Source of the DNA: a virus
Lineage: Duplodnaviria; Caudoviricetes
Strand: one strand, 5' to 3'
DNA length: 24,543 nt
Virus record (IMG/VR): IMGVR_UViG_3300005662_000230
Location: 1-24,543 of that record
In this document: positions 8,522-17,334 of the stretch, piece by piece
Numbering within the stretch: the first letter of the stretch is position 1
Layout: the number at the start of each line of letters is the position of its first letter
The notes under the pieces: generated by a model
Database searches by the model: none
Seen by the model: only the letters and a program-made list of their open reading frames with translations
Told to the model about the DNA's origin: nothing
Translations under genes and position numbers: made by a program

Positions 8522-10398
8522 GCGCTGGAGCAGTTCGGGCCGGAAAAGCGTTTGTCGAGATCACCGCGAACGACACTGACTTCCAGCGTGGGCTAAAGCG
8601 TGTCCAGCACAGTGTCGTCCGGCTCGGGAACGTCATGCGTCAGGTCGGAAGCGGCATGGCGATCGCCGGCGGTGCGATGGGATTGCCGATGGTGCTGGCC
8701 GCCCGCCAGGCCGCGACGTTTGAAGATGCGTTGCTTGAGCTGCAGGGGGCCGTCAGCGACATCACGCCGGATCAGATGAGAGCCGTCCGCGACGAGGCTA
8801 TTCGGCTTTCGCGTGCGATGGGCGTGGCTCCGGAGAAGATCGCACAGTCGTTCACACTGCTCATCAAGGCTGGCATGGGTGTTGAGGACGCCTTGCGTGG
8901 CGGTGCGAAGGCCGCCACCGAGTTTGCTCGCGTCTCTGGTGTCGAGGCCGCGGACGCAGCCGAGTTCATGAAGGTGGCGATGAACGTGTTCGGCATTTCT
9001 GCCACTCAAGCGGCCGACACGCTATCGGCCGCTGCCGACTCGAGCGAAACGTCGATCGCGTCAATGGTCGAATCGTTTGCCCTCGTCGCCAGTGTTGCCA
9101 AGGGCACCGGGCAAAGTCTGTTCGGACTGTCGCAAGGGCTGGCTGTTCTCGCCCGCTACGGAATCAAAGGGGAGGAGGCCGGCACCGGCATCAAAACGCT
9201 GCTCGTGAAACTGCTGGCCCCGGCCAAGGACGCGAAAGACGCCCTCGCAACTCTCGGGCTGTCGATGGAGTCGCTGGTCGACGAGACCGGCAAGCTGCTG
9301 CCGCTGGCACAACTCGCCGGAGTATTTCGCAAGGCTCTCGGAGGCATGGGGAAGGAAGCCCGCGAAGCCATGCTCGCGAACGAAGCACTCGTGAAGGTGT
9401 TCGACGTTCGCGGTATTCGCGTGATTCAAGCATTCTCCGACATTGGCGAAAAAGGCTTCAATGACATTGCGACAGCAATGGAGAACAGCCGGACGGTTTC
9501 CGAGAAGTTTTCCATCGCTATGTCGGGGATCACCGGTTCGTTTGAGCGGCTGTATTCCGCGGTCCAGCGGATGGCGATCGCGTTCATGGTGGGGGCGGCG
9601 CCCGCCTTATCGGCGTTCGCCGCGGCGGCCGTGCCGGTGATGGATTTCATGGCGTTCATCTTCACGCAAGTGCCGATCATTTCGCCGATCCTTGCTGGCA
9701 TGGCGGCCGGACTATTCGGAGTTGGCCTAGCCGCCCTCGGCGCTGGTGCGATGCTTGGGTTCGTAAACTTCGGAATCAAAAACATCATCAACTTCCGCAC
9801 GACGTTCGTCATGGCCGTCCGTGCCATGACCAGCGTGATCGGAAACTTTTCGAGGGCACTTGTCGGGCTTCGCGTCGCCATGCTTGCCATCCCCGGATGG
9901 GGGTGGGCTCTCGCTGCCATTGCTGCGGCTGGCGGTGCCGCGGCATGGATGATGTCCGGGTCGGGCTCAACGGCGAAGGGAAAGGGCTCCGGCATCAAGC
10001 GGGACGCCAATCGCGACCCGCTGGCAAATCCAATGGGCGGCGGCATGGCAGCACAAGCCAAGGCCCGCGGCGAGGCTCTCGGGACGTTCTCGGCAGCGGT
10101 GGCGTCGCAACTCGGCATCGGCCCGGCCCTCACGGCCGCCGACGAGACCGCTGCCAACACGGGCCGAATGGCCGACGGGGTCGACGCCCTCGTCCGGCAG
10201 GGCGAGGCTCGGATGCCGGGGGCCGCGGCGTTGCAAGCCGGCATGGTGCCGCCAGGAGTCCGCGGTGGCGTGGCTGCCCGCAGCGACCGCGACCTGGTGA
10301 GCATGAGCGAACGGGCCGCGATCGCGGCCGAGGAGTCGCGTACCTACCTCCGGCAACTAGTTGAGAAAGCGAGGGACGGGGGCTTGGCCTTCGCGTAA
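8518..10398 (+). CDS. Tail tape measure protein (TP901-family core)
   Basis: 626 aa, Ala/Gly-rich, 'AGKAFVEI', 'ADTLSAAADSS' and 'GIKGEEAGTGIK', with hydrophobic segments. Confidence 0.9.
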   Translation: MSAGAVRAGKAFVEITANDTDFQRGLKRVQHSVVRLGNVMRQVGSGMAIAGGAMGLPMVLAARQAATFEDALLELQGAVSDITPDQMRAVRDEAIRLSRAMGVAPEKIAQSFTLLIKAGMGVEDALRGGAKAATEFARVSGVEAADAAEFMKVAMNVFGISATQAADTLSAAADSSETSIASMVESFALVASVAKGTGQSLFGLSQGLAVLARYGIKGEEAGTGIKTLLVKLLAPAKDAKDALATLGLSMESLVDETGKLLPLAQLAGVFRKALGGMGKEAREAMLANEALVKVFDVRGIRVIQAFSDIGEKGFNDIATAMENSRTVSEKFSIAMSGITGSFERLYSAVQRMAIAFMVGAAPALSAFAAAAVPVMDFMAFIFTQVPIISPILAGMAAGLFGVGLAALGAGAMLGFVNFGIKNIINFRTTFVMAVRAMTSVIGNFSRALVGLRVAMLAIPGWGWALAAIAAAGGAAAWMMSGSGSTAKGKGSGIKRDANRDPLANPMGGGMAAQAKARGEALGTFSAAVASQLGIGPALTAADETAANTGRMADGVDALVRQGEARMPGAAALQAGMVPPGVRGGVAARSDRDLVSMSERAAIAAEESRTYLRQLVEKARDGGLAFA

Positions 10399-10400
10399 CC

Positions 10401-11390
10401 ATGGCGACACTGCCACCAGACAGTATCGAGGGCGTTGAATCCGGGGCTGGCACGCTGTCCGTAGGATCGGACGGCTTGATGTCTCGCGAGATTGAGCTGC
10501 GGTTCCTCGTGCGGTCGATGGAAGGGTATTCCGACGCCGAGGATAAGGGGCGTGAACTGGCCCCGCTCTACTACGACGGGCATCGTCGAGGGACGCTGCA
10601 GTGCCGGCCGGTTGGTGGTGGTTGGTATCAGATTTCGGTCAACTACTCCAACGCTGGCGTGAATGCCTACGAGGGGTGGGGCGTCGAGAACAGCGACGGC
10701 GTCGTGCTGATCCCGAATGGTATTTCGGTAGATACGACCGGCGGGTCGGAGCATATCACTCAGGCAATCAAAGCTGATGGGTATGAGGCGGCTGGCCCAA
10801 GTGCCCCAAACTCATACAAGGCGATCAACGTCAGCGGTAATCAAGTCAACGGCGTCACGAAGACAGTGCCGGCGTTCAACTTCACCGAAACGTGGCTCGT
10901 TCCGGCGTGGTACTTGATGGTAGGTGCCAAGAAGGAAGGGGTAGGTAACGACGGAGAAAACGACCCCGGTGCATTGACGCCATACGCCCAAACACTTCGC
11001 GAGATGACCGGCACGATCAACAAGGACAAGTGGCGGATATTTGAGGGCGGCGAGGTGATGTTCCTTGGGGCTCGTTACGACGTTTCCCGTGCGTCGAGTC
11101 TTGTGCCGGTCACCTACTCGTTTTCCGTTCAGCTCAGCAAGAACGACTTCAAGGTTGGCGACATTGAGGTCTATTCCAAGCAGGGCTGGGACTACATGTG
11201 GATCGTCTACGAGGACGCCATCGACGCCAACTTCCCGGTCAAGAAACCCAAGTACGTCTACATCGACCAGATTTACGAAGAGACGGACTTCCGAGACCTT
11301 GGCATCGGGATGAAGTGGGGCCAGCACTTCATGTTCACTGGCGACACGTTTGCCCACCCGTTGGTTGAGGCCAAGAGGGACAAGGTGTGA
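10401..11390 (+). CDS. Putative tail tip (distal tail/hub-like) protein
   Basis: 329 aa, beta-rich, immediately after the tape measure gene. Call is from synteny only. Confidence 0.5.
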   Translation: MATLPPDSIEGVESGAGTLSVGSDGLMSREIELRFLVRSMEGYSDAEDKGRELAPLYYDGHRRGTLQCRPVGGGWYQISVNYSNAGVNAYEGWGVENSDGVVLIPNGISVDTTGGSEHITQAIKADGYEAAGPSAPNSYKAINVSGNQVNGVTKTVPAFNFTETWLVPAWYLMVGAKKEGVGNDGENDPGALTPYAQTLREMTGTINKDKWRIFEGGEVMFLGARYDVSRASSLVPVTYSFSVQLSKNDFKVGDIEVYSKQGWDYMWIVYEDAIDANFPVKKPKYVYIDQIYEETDFRDLGIGMKWGQHFMFTGDTFAHPLVEAKRDKV

Positions 11391-12178
11391 GCGACGCATT
11401 CCGCAAGGTTCGGCCAGGCGAGCCGATAAAGATAGCCGCCCAAGCGTGGAACCAGGTCATCGACCAGGTGACGACGCGGCCGCGGTTCGATGCGTCAACG
11501 AGTCCGTATCCGGCCATCAACTTCCAGGTGCGTTGCCGAAACTCTACGTCGGGCGACGTTGCTCGCTGGGGCGTGCTGCAGATTACGGGCGTGCTCGAGA
11601 CTCCGACCGGGGCCACGGGTGCGTCCGGGGCCACCGGCTCAATGGACGCCGGCACGATGTCGTTCCTGGCGTATCCGGGGATTGTCGGCGTGACGCCAAT
11701 GGATACGGCCGGGGCTCGCTACGTCGTGGCAACGCAGCCGATCAAGGCCGGGGAAATCGGCATGGCGGCGATCGACGGCGTTGTCCAGGTCAAGCTTGAC
11801 ATTCAATCGGCCAGCGACAACTTCGCCACGGTCAAGAGCGGGTCTGTTGAGCAGATGAAGACGGCGTCGAGCGGCGACGCGAGTGTGCTGTGGAAAGAAA
11901 GCGGCACCGGCGTGAAGTGGGGGTTGGTGCGGATCGGTGCCGGGAGCGGCGGCGGCGTGAAGGTCGGGAAGATCACCGGGACGTGGAGCAAGGGCGGCAC
12001 GCAAACGGTGTGGGAATACACGGCGGCTGGTGTTCAAGCCAGTGGGCCAAGCGGGCCGCTGTCGCTCACCGGCGTCAATAGGTTTGCGAACGTCAACATC
12101 TCCGGCAGTGCGGCCAGATGGGTCGCGGTGACGAGCATAGATTCGACGTGGCATCTGATCGCGGCGGAGTGTGAATAA
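11387..12178 (+). CDS. Putative minor tail protein
   Basis: 263 aa, GTGA coupling; short GxxGxx run and a DUF2190-like segment; ends in 'WHLIAAECE'. Confidence 0.55.
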   Translation: MSDAFRKVRPGEPIKIAAQAWNQVIDQVTTRPRFDASTSPYPAINFQVRCRNSTSGDVARWGVLQITGVLETPTGATGASGATGSMDAGTMSFLAYPGIVGVTPMDTAGARYVVATQPIKAGEIGMAAIDGVVQVKLDIQSASDNFATVKSGSVEQMKTASSGDASVLWKESGTGVKWGLVRIGAGSGGGVKVGKITGTWSKGGTQTVWEYTAAGVQASGPSGPLSLTGVNRFANVNISGSAARWVAVTSIDSTWHLIAAECE

Positions 12179-12804
12179 TGGTTCTTTTTCCATGCTCTAA
12201 ATGCTGCGCATCGTGCCCGCCCGGTTTAAGTCTTTCTCTCAATGTCAGCGGGAGCGTCGGCCTTTTTGGATATGGCGGCGATCAACATCATGGGTGTCAA
12301 TCATTGTGGCCGGACTCGAATTGGCCGAGGCTGATTGGCTATTCTTCTACTCCGCAAGAAGGAAGGTGTGTCGGGCTATCAAGCATCACGTTCGACGAAA
12401 GAAGCGGTGCTGATGTTCTTGGAGCGCGACTGATAATCAGTTTTCCAGGCATTGTCGGCCAGAACGCTCCCAGTGGTTCAGTCGTGCGGTTTTCTATTGT
12501 TCAGAGCATCGCTGGGTGGGAAACAGAATACGAAGTTCCATTTTCGGGATACCCAACGTGCGAAAATGGAGTTCAATACACATTTGGGCCTTCAAACAAA
12601 GTTTCTGGAAATGGTTCGTTCTGTGGTGGATCTATTTCTTGGATAGTAGCGGCCCCATGTTTTGGTTGCTGCTGCACGACAGGCGGTTACACAAGCAGAA
12701 ACTATACTAAAGCAACTTGCGAGGCGGCTGGACATATATGGTTTAACACGTTGTCCAGTTATTGTGTGAACGGACAACCATACTGCCAAAATCTCTTTCC
12801 ATGA
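12178..12804 (+). CDS. Cys-rich, low-GC hypothetical protein (candidate receptor-binding tail protein)
   Basis: 208 aa with 15 Cys; TAATG and ATGA coupling at both ends; one sampled 60-nt line (12541-12600) is 42% GC. Confidence 0.6.
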   Translation: MVLFPCSKCCASCPPGLSLSLNVSGSVGLFGYGGDQHHGCQSLWPDSNWPRLIGYSSTPQEGRCVGLSSITFDERSGADVLGARLIISFPGIVGQNAPSGSVVRFSIVQSIAGWETEYEVPFSGYPTCENGVQYTFGPSNKVSGNGSFCGGSISWIVAAPCFGCCCTTGGYTSRNYTKATCEAAGHIWFNTLSSYCVNGQPYCQNLFP

Positions 12805-13124
12805 TTACCGGCGCAACTGATCAGTTTTTGCTTAGGTGCATTGAGCGTGGATACACGCTAGACGAAGTGCGCCCCTGCATCGTTAGCCAAAATGGCGACA
12901 CAATCACAGTGGACGAAACGCACCCAGCGTACCCTCGCCAGCGTCCAGGCCTCGGCGACTACGTCGCTGCCGGGCTCTCCGCAATCGGCATCACCAAGGA
13001 AAGGGTGAGTAAGGTCGTGGGCGGCGATTGCGGTTGTGCCAAGCGACAAGCCGCTTGGAATGCCTCCGGAGCCAAATACCTCGGTCTCCCGCCGGGCTCC
13101 ACAGCCCCGGAAAACAAGGGTTGA
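12801..13124 (+). CDS. Hypothetical protein with GLGD...CGC..RQ..WN motif
   Basis: 107 aa; ATGA coupling; Cys motif. Confidence 0.65.
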   Translation: MITGATDQFLLRCIERGYTLDEVRPCIVSQNGDTITVDETHPAYPRQRPGLGDYVAAGLSAIGITKERVSKVVGGDCGCAKRQAAWNASGAKYLGLPPGSTAPENKG

Positions 13125-13148
13125 CACCCGTACACTATCCGCGAGGAT
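13121..13148 (+). promoter_or_regulatory. Putative promoter, possibly leaderless, for 13155
   Basis: Perfect TTGACA, 16 nt, GAGGAT, with ATG 6 nt later; also contains TACACT. Confidence 0.45.
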
Positions 13149-13154
13149 CGTGCT

Positions 13155-13403
13155 ATGGACTCGCTCGTCGACCGCATTAGCGCGGCTGCAGCCGGCATCA
13201 AATCCGCTCCTCGCGGGTTTGAATCGCGGCTGCCGCCGGCCGTCCGCGAGCAGCTCCTAGAGATCCGCCGGCAGTGGCAGTCGGGTGATCTGCAAGTCTC
13301 CGCGTGCTGGCTGGCAGATCAGATCGTCGCCATGGCGGCGTCGGATGGATTCCCGGTGTGCGGTCGCCAAGGGCTCCGGCAATGGCTGACAAGGAAAGAC
13401 TGA
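13155..13403 (+). CDS. Hypothetical protein (82 aa, helical, possibly DNA-binding)
   Basis: ORF follows a promoter; C-terminal 'GRQGLRQWL' resembles a recognition helix. Confidence 0.6.
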   Translation: MDSLVDRISAAAAGIKSAPRGFESRLPPAVREQLLEIRRQWQSGDLQVSACWLADQIVAMAASDGFPVCGRQGLRQWLTRKD

Positions 13404-14578
13404 TCGACCGGGTGAAGGCCGCGGCCCCGCCGCCGGCTCCAGCCGCCGACGCCGAGCAAGTCACGAAGCGCCAGGACGGCGACGTGCTCGAGGCCCGGTC
13501 CACGTCGCGGACGATCCGCACGGTCGAGGATTTGCTGCGACACATTGAAGCGGACCTCGACCGCTACGAGGTCGCGGCCAGCGAAGCGACCAAATGGGAG
13601 TCGGCGAGCGTCGATCGAAATACCGGGCAGCCGGTGGTGACTGAGTTGTTCCGGGTGTTCGTGCGGCTCAAGCCGCGGGGCGGGCCGGGGATTCGCGAGT
13701 GCGTCGAAGCGATGATCGCGGCGGCGTCCGACCGTCTCCGCGTCCGCGGTTCGCGAATCGCGAACAAGCCTTCCCGCAAAGGGGCTTGGGCCGTGCTCGT
13801 CGTGGCCGATACGCATTTCGGCAAATACTGCTGGGAAAAGACAACCGGCGAAGCCGACTACGACCTCGACATAGCCGCGAAGCTGGTTGACGAGTCTGCC
13901 GGCGAGTTGCTGGCTATCGCCGACACTTACAAGCCCGGCCGCATGACGGTCGGGATGCTTGGCGATCTATTCCACTATGACCGTCCGGACGGCAGCACCA
14001 CCAGCGGCACACCGCTGGAGCGTGACGGCCGGCTGCAGAAGATGATCCAAGTCGGCACAGACTCGCTCATCGGCGTGATCGACAACGCGGCCGGCGTCGC
14101 ATTGGCTGACGTTGTGGTGGTCAACGGAAACCATGATGAGACTTTGACGTGGACACTGCATCGGCTTCTCGTTGAACGCTACCAGGCCCGTGGGCGAGTG
14201 ACGATCGACGAGAAGTTCACGCCGCGGAAGTACCTCGATCACGGCCGCAACCTCCTCGGGTTCGTTCACGGGCACCGGGCAAAGCGAAAGCTCCCGCAGC
14301 TCATGGCGATTGAGGCCGCGAAGGCTTGGGCACGCTGCCCATACCGCGAGATCCACACCGGGCATCTCCACCACCAGGCCGCGGAGTGGTCGCGGCCGAT
14401 CGAAACCCTTGATGGGGTGCTGGTTCGCGTTGCCCCGTCCCTCGGGCCGGCGGACGACTATCACGCGGTCAACGGCTGGCTGGGCCAACGGCGGGCGATG
14501 GAGTTGTTCATCTACGACGAAGCCGGCGGGCTGGTTGCCATGCACGTCGCCGGCCCACGGCTGGAGGTGCCGTCGTGA
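13382..14578 (+). CDS. Calcineurin-like metallophosphoesterase/nuclease
   Basis: All five motifs present: DTH, GDLFHYD, GNHD, HGH and GHLHH. Confidence 0.85.
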   Translation: MADKERLIDRVKAAAPPPAPAADAEQVTKRQDGDVLEARSTSRTIRTVEDLLRHIEADLDRYEVAASEATKWESASVDRNTGQPVVTELFRVFVRLKPRGGPGIRECVEAMIAAASDRLRVRGSRIANKPSRKGAWAVLVVADTHFGKYCWEKTTGEADYDLDIAAKLVDESAGELLAIADTYKPGRMTVGMLGDLFHYDRPDGSTTSGTPLERDGRLQKMIQVGTDSLIGVIDNAAGVALADVVVVNGNHDETLTWTLHRLLVERYQARGRVTIDEKFTPRKYLDHGRNLLGFVHGHRAKRKLPQLMAIEAAKAWARCPYREIHTGHLHHQAAEWSRPIETLDGVLVRVAPSLGPADDYHAVNGWLGQRRAMELFIYDEAGGLVAMHVAGPRLEVPS

Positions 14579-15180
14579 CAAAACCTATGCACTTAGAAAC
14601 TTCGGCAGAGGTTTTGTATCGCGAGCCGCTGACAGAGGAATACATCGCGACCGCCCTCCGCGATGCACGTCGATTCATGGGGTCGTGGTCTGGCACAAGT
14701 GGAAATCTGGCGGCACACACCGTGCGTCTCATAAATGAAAGGAAGCGAATGTTAGAAGCGAATCGAGAGAAAGAGGCCGGCGGGGCGATGCTGGAAGCAG
14801 CGTGGGAGAAATACAAACGGGACCAGATAGCCCCGGACGGCGAGCCGATCACCCGGCGGATTTACGGTGCCAGCGGCGATCGGCCGGAGCCGGAGCAGAC
14901 TCCCGCCGAGCAGTTGTGCTCGAGGACCGCCGAAGTGATCCGCGACCGTCGTCCCAAGTACGGCGGGCCGCAAAAGCATTTCGCCAGGACGGTCGGCATG
15001 GTCAACGCGGCGTTTGCCGACGTGCTCAAGCGACCGCTGACCGAAGCTGATTGGGCCACGATCATGATCCTCGACAAGATCGCCCGATTCCGGGGGCCGA
15101 ATGCCACGATCGACGGCCCGGTCGACATCGCCGGATATGCCGCGTGCTTGTACGAAGTCATGGACCGAGAGGGCCAGTGA
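14575..15180 (+). CDS. DUF6378-domain protein
   Basis: C-terminal 'DRRPKYGGP..HFART...MILDKIAR....D..VDIAGYAAC'. Confidence 0.75.
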   Translation: MTKPMHLETSAEVLYREPLTEEYIATALRDARRFMGSWSGTSGNLAAHTVRLINERKRMLEANREKEAGGAMLEAAWEKYKRDQIAPDGEPITRRIYGASGDRPEPEQTPAEQLCSRTAEVIRDRRPKYGGPQKHFARTVGMVNAAFADVLKRPLTEADWATIMILDKIARFRGPNATIDGPVDIAGYAACLYEVMDREGQ

Positions 15181-15211
15181 ACACCCGTACAATGGTGGTA
15201 GAGGGCATTGC

Positions 15212-15445
15212 ATGACCGACTCGTTATTTCGATCGACCGCCAGGGGCCGCGAGCCACTGGCGTCGGCCAGCGATGCCGGCGAGCACGTTCATTACCAACC
15301 GTCTCGGCGTGTAGGAATCGGGTCGATCACGAGCCGGAAGCCGGGGAGGGGTAGGCCGCTCACGTTTTTTGAGGTGCTAGCTCTCCGCATGGGAGTGACG
15401 CTGGCAGAAGCAAAGAGACTCCACGCAGAAGGCAAGGTGACGTGA
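15212..15445 (+). CDS. Hypothetical protein (77 aa)
   Basis: GAGGG RBS; TACAAT -10-like box upstream; TGATG coupling downstream. Confidence 0.55.
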   Translation: MTDSLFRSTARGREPLASASDAGEHVHYQPSRRVGIGSITSRKPGRGRPLTFFEVLALRMGVTLAEAKRLHAEGKVT

Positions 15446-15939
15446 TGGCGAACACTGTCTCGGTTTCCGGAAACACTCGGCTGGCGTGGGTTCTGTCGGA
15501 GAGCCAGAGCGTCGGGTCGGTGTCGAGGTCGGTCGAGCAGCGGTCGTCTCGGTCGATCTCCACTGGCACCGGGCCGAATCAAGCCAGCATCGCGTTTTCA
15601 ACGACTGAGAGCGTGACCGGGACGAACACCCGCAACCTAGACGTTGCCGCGTATCAAACAAATGCGTTTGGGTTTCCGGGGCAAGCATTTTTCTCGACGG
15701 TTCGCGAAGTGCTTGTGAGCGTCACTACCGGGCCAACCGGCGGCAATCTCACGGTTGGGCTGCCGACTGGCGTCACTGGCGTGCGTCTCAATGTTGGCGG
15801 ACAGTTTCATTGGATTGACTACCTCGGCGGAATACCGTCGCCGTCCAGCCCTTCCAATATTTCGCTCAAAAGCAACGTGACCGGCGTTTACTCGGTTGAC
15901 GTGACTGTGATCGGCACTGGCGACTTCGGGAGTATCTGA
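15445..15939 (+). CDS. Ser/Thr/Gly-rich beta protein, paralog A (possible virion protein)
   Basis: Aligns over its full length with 15939-16412. Confidence 0.7.
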   Translation: MANTVSVSGNTRLAWVLSESQSVGSVSRSVEQRSSRSISTGTGPNQASIAFSTTESVTGTNTRNLDVAAYQTNAFGFPGQAFFSTVREVLVSVTTGPTGGNLTVGLPTGVTGVRLNVGGQFHWIDYLGGIPSPSSPSNISLKSNVTGVYSVDVTVIGTGDFGSI

Positions 15940-16412
15940 TGCCAAACACTCTTTCTGTGGCTGGTGCGACTCGTGTTGCGTGGTCTCTCGGCGACTCCGA
16001 CGGAGCATCAAAGAGCGACTCGCAATCGTCGAGCCGTTCGATCACCACCGGCACCGGTCCAAACCAGGCCAACGTCGCGTGGTCGTATCCGTTTTCGACC
16101 ACCGGCATCGGTTCGGCGTCGTGGTCAGTGTCCGCACTTCCGGTTTCTGCATTCGGACCGACGGGCTCCGCAAGCGTGACCGCCATCAAGGAAGTGCTGG
16201 TCACCGTGTCCACCGGCCCGACCGGTGGCTATGTGGCGTTCAGCGCCCCGACGGGCGTGATTGGTGTCCAGGTGGCCGTGGGCGGGCAGTTCCACCTCGC
16301 GGACTATCTGACCGGGATTGGCGTCACCACCGGGAACATCGTGATCGCCAACGGCCCGACGGGTTCGTATGCCGGTGAGATCACGATCGTCGGCAATGGG
16401 TCATACCAGTGA
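15939..16412 (+). CDS. Ser/Thr/Gly-rich beta protein, paralog B
   Basis: Shares SSRSI.TGTGPNQA, EVLV.V.TGPTGG and VGGQFH..DYL.GI with paralog A. Confidence 0.7.
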   Translation: MPNTLSVAGATRVAWSLGDSDGASKSDSQSSSRSITTGTGPNQANVAWSYPFSTTGIGSASWSVSALPVSAFGPTGSASVTAIKEVLVTVSTGPTGGYVAFSAPTGVIGVQVAVGGQFHLADYLTGIGVTTGNIVIANGPTGSYAGEITIVGNGSYQ

Positions 16413-16783
16413 TCGCAGAAGCACCGGCCGCGGCTGCGGCCAACACCCCCGGCGGCGTCCTCGTGAAACTTCATGCGTTTGTCGAGTCCGCGAAGTCTGC
16501 CGCTGCTGACGGGCTGACGTGGTCAGAGTTCGGCGAGCTGCTCGTCGCGTTCCTCCGGATGGCCGTCTCGCTCTATGACGACGTGGTCGGCATGAAGGGA
16601 GAGCAGAAGAAGGCCGCGGTGCTCGACGGCGTGGCCGCCCTCTTCGATGCGGTGGCCGACCGCTGCGTGCCGCTGGTTCTCTGGCCGCTATGGGGGCTGG
16701 TTCGCGGTCCCGTCCGGCTCCTGGTTCTCGCCCTCGCGTCCGGGGCGATCGAGCAACTCCTACCACTCGTGAGGCTTGCATGA
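16409..16783 (+). CDS. Hypothetical membrane-associated protein (holin-like candidate)
   Basis: 124 aa, 'GEQKKAAVL', hydrophobic C-terminus. Confidence 0.5.
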   Translation: MIAEAPAAAAANTPGGVLVKLHAFVESAKSAAADGLTWSEFGELLVAFLRMAVSLYDDVVGMKGEQKKAAVLDGVAALFDAVADRCVPLVLWPLWGLVRGPVRLLVLALASGAIEQLLPLVRLA

Positions 16784-17334
16784 TTCCTACGCTTCTCGTT
16801 CTCGCAGCGGTGGCAGCCTGGGGCTGGCCTCACCTCCAGCCGTTGGCCGAGAAGGCCAAGGCCGCCGCAGCCAATCTCACGCCCCGCCACTACGCCGGCA
16901 TCGCCCTGGTGGCCGCGGCCGTCGCATACGGTCTCGGTCCATCGGCTTCCCCCGCCCCCGGCCCGACGCCCGCCCCCGACGCCGGCCCGCTGTCGCTGGC
17001 CGGTTTGTTCGCGGGGGAGACGGCCAGTGAGGACGCGGCCCTCATAGGTGCCATGTGTTCGGAGTTGGCCGACGAGATCGAGTTTTCGTCCGGCCAGCCA
17101 GACGGCTACCTCTCCACCGGCATCGGCGTCGACGAGCTGCGGAAGAGAACCCGCATTCTCCGCTGCCGGGGTATTTCGATTGGCGACCGGCAGCCGGCCG
17201 CCCGCGACGCGATCGCCAAGTACCTCGAGGACGCCGTGGGCACCGACGGCGGGCCGCTGACCGCCGAGCAGCGGACGGCGTGGGTTGCGGCGTATCGCGA
17301 TCTTGGGAGGGCTGCCACCAATGCGGCGAAGTGA
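16780..17334 (+). CDS. Membrane-anchored hypothetical protein
   Basis: Two N-terminal hydrophobic stretches, a Pro-rich linker (PAPGPTPAPD) and a helical C-domain. Confidence 0.65.
   Translation: MIPTLLVLAAVAAWGWPHLQPLAEKAKAAAANLTPRHYAGIALVAAAVAYGLGPSASPAPGPTPAPDAGPLSLAGLFAGETASEDAALIGAMCSELADEIEFSSGQPDGYLSTGIGVDELRKRTRILRCRGISIGDRQPAARDAIAKYLEDAVGTDGGPLTAEQRTAWVAAYRDLGRAATNAAK

Noticed and set aside
12178-12804. Diversity-generating retroelement target
   Set aside because: No reverse transcriptase and no template/variable repeat pair are visible in the window.
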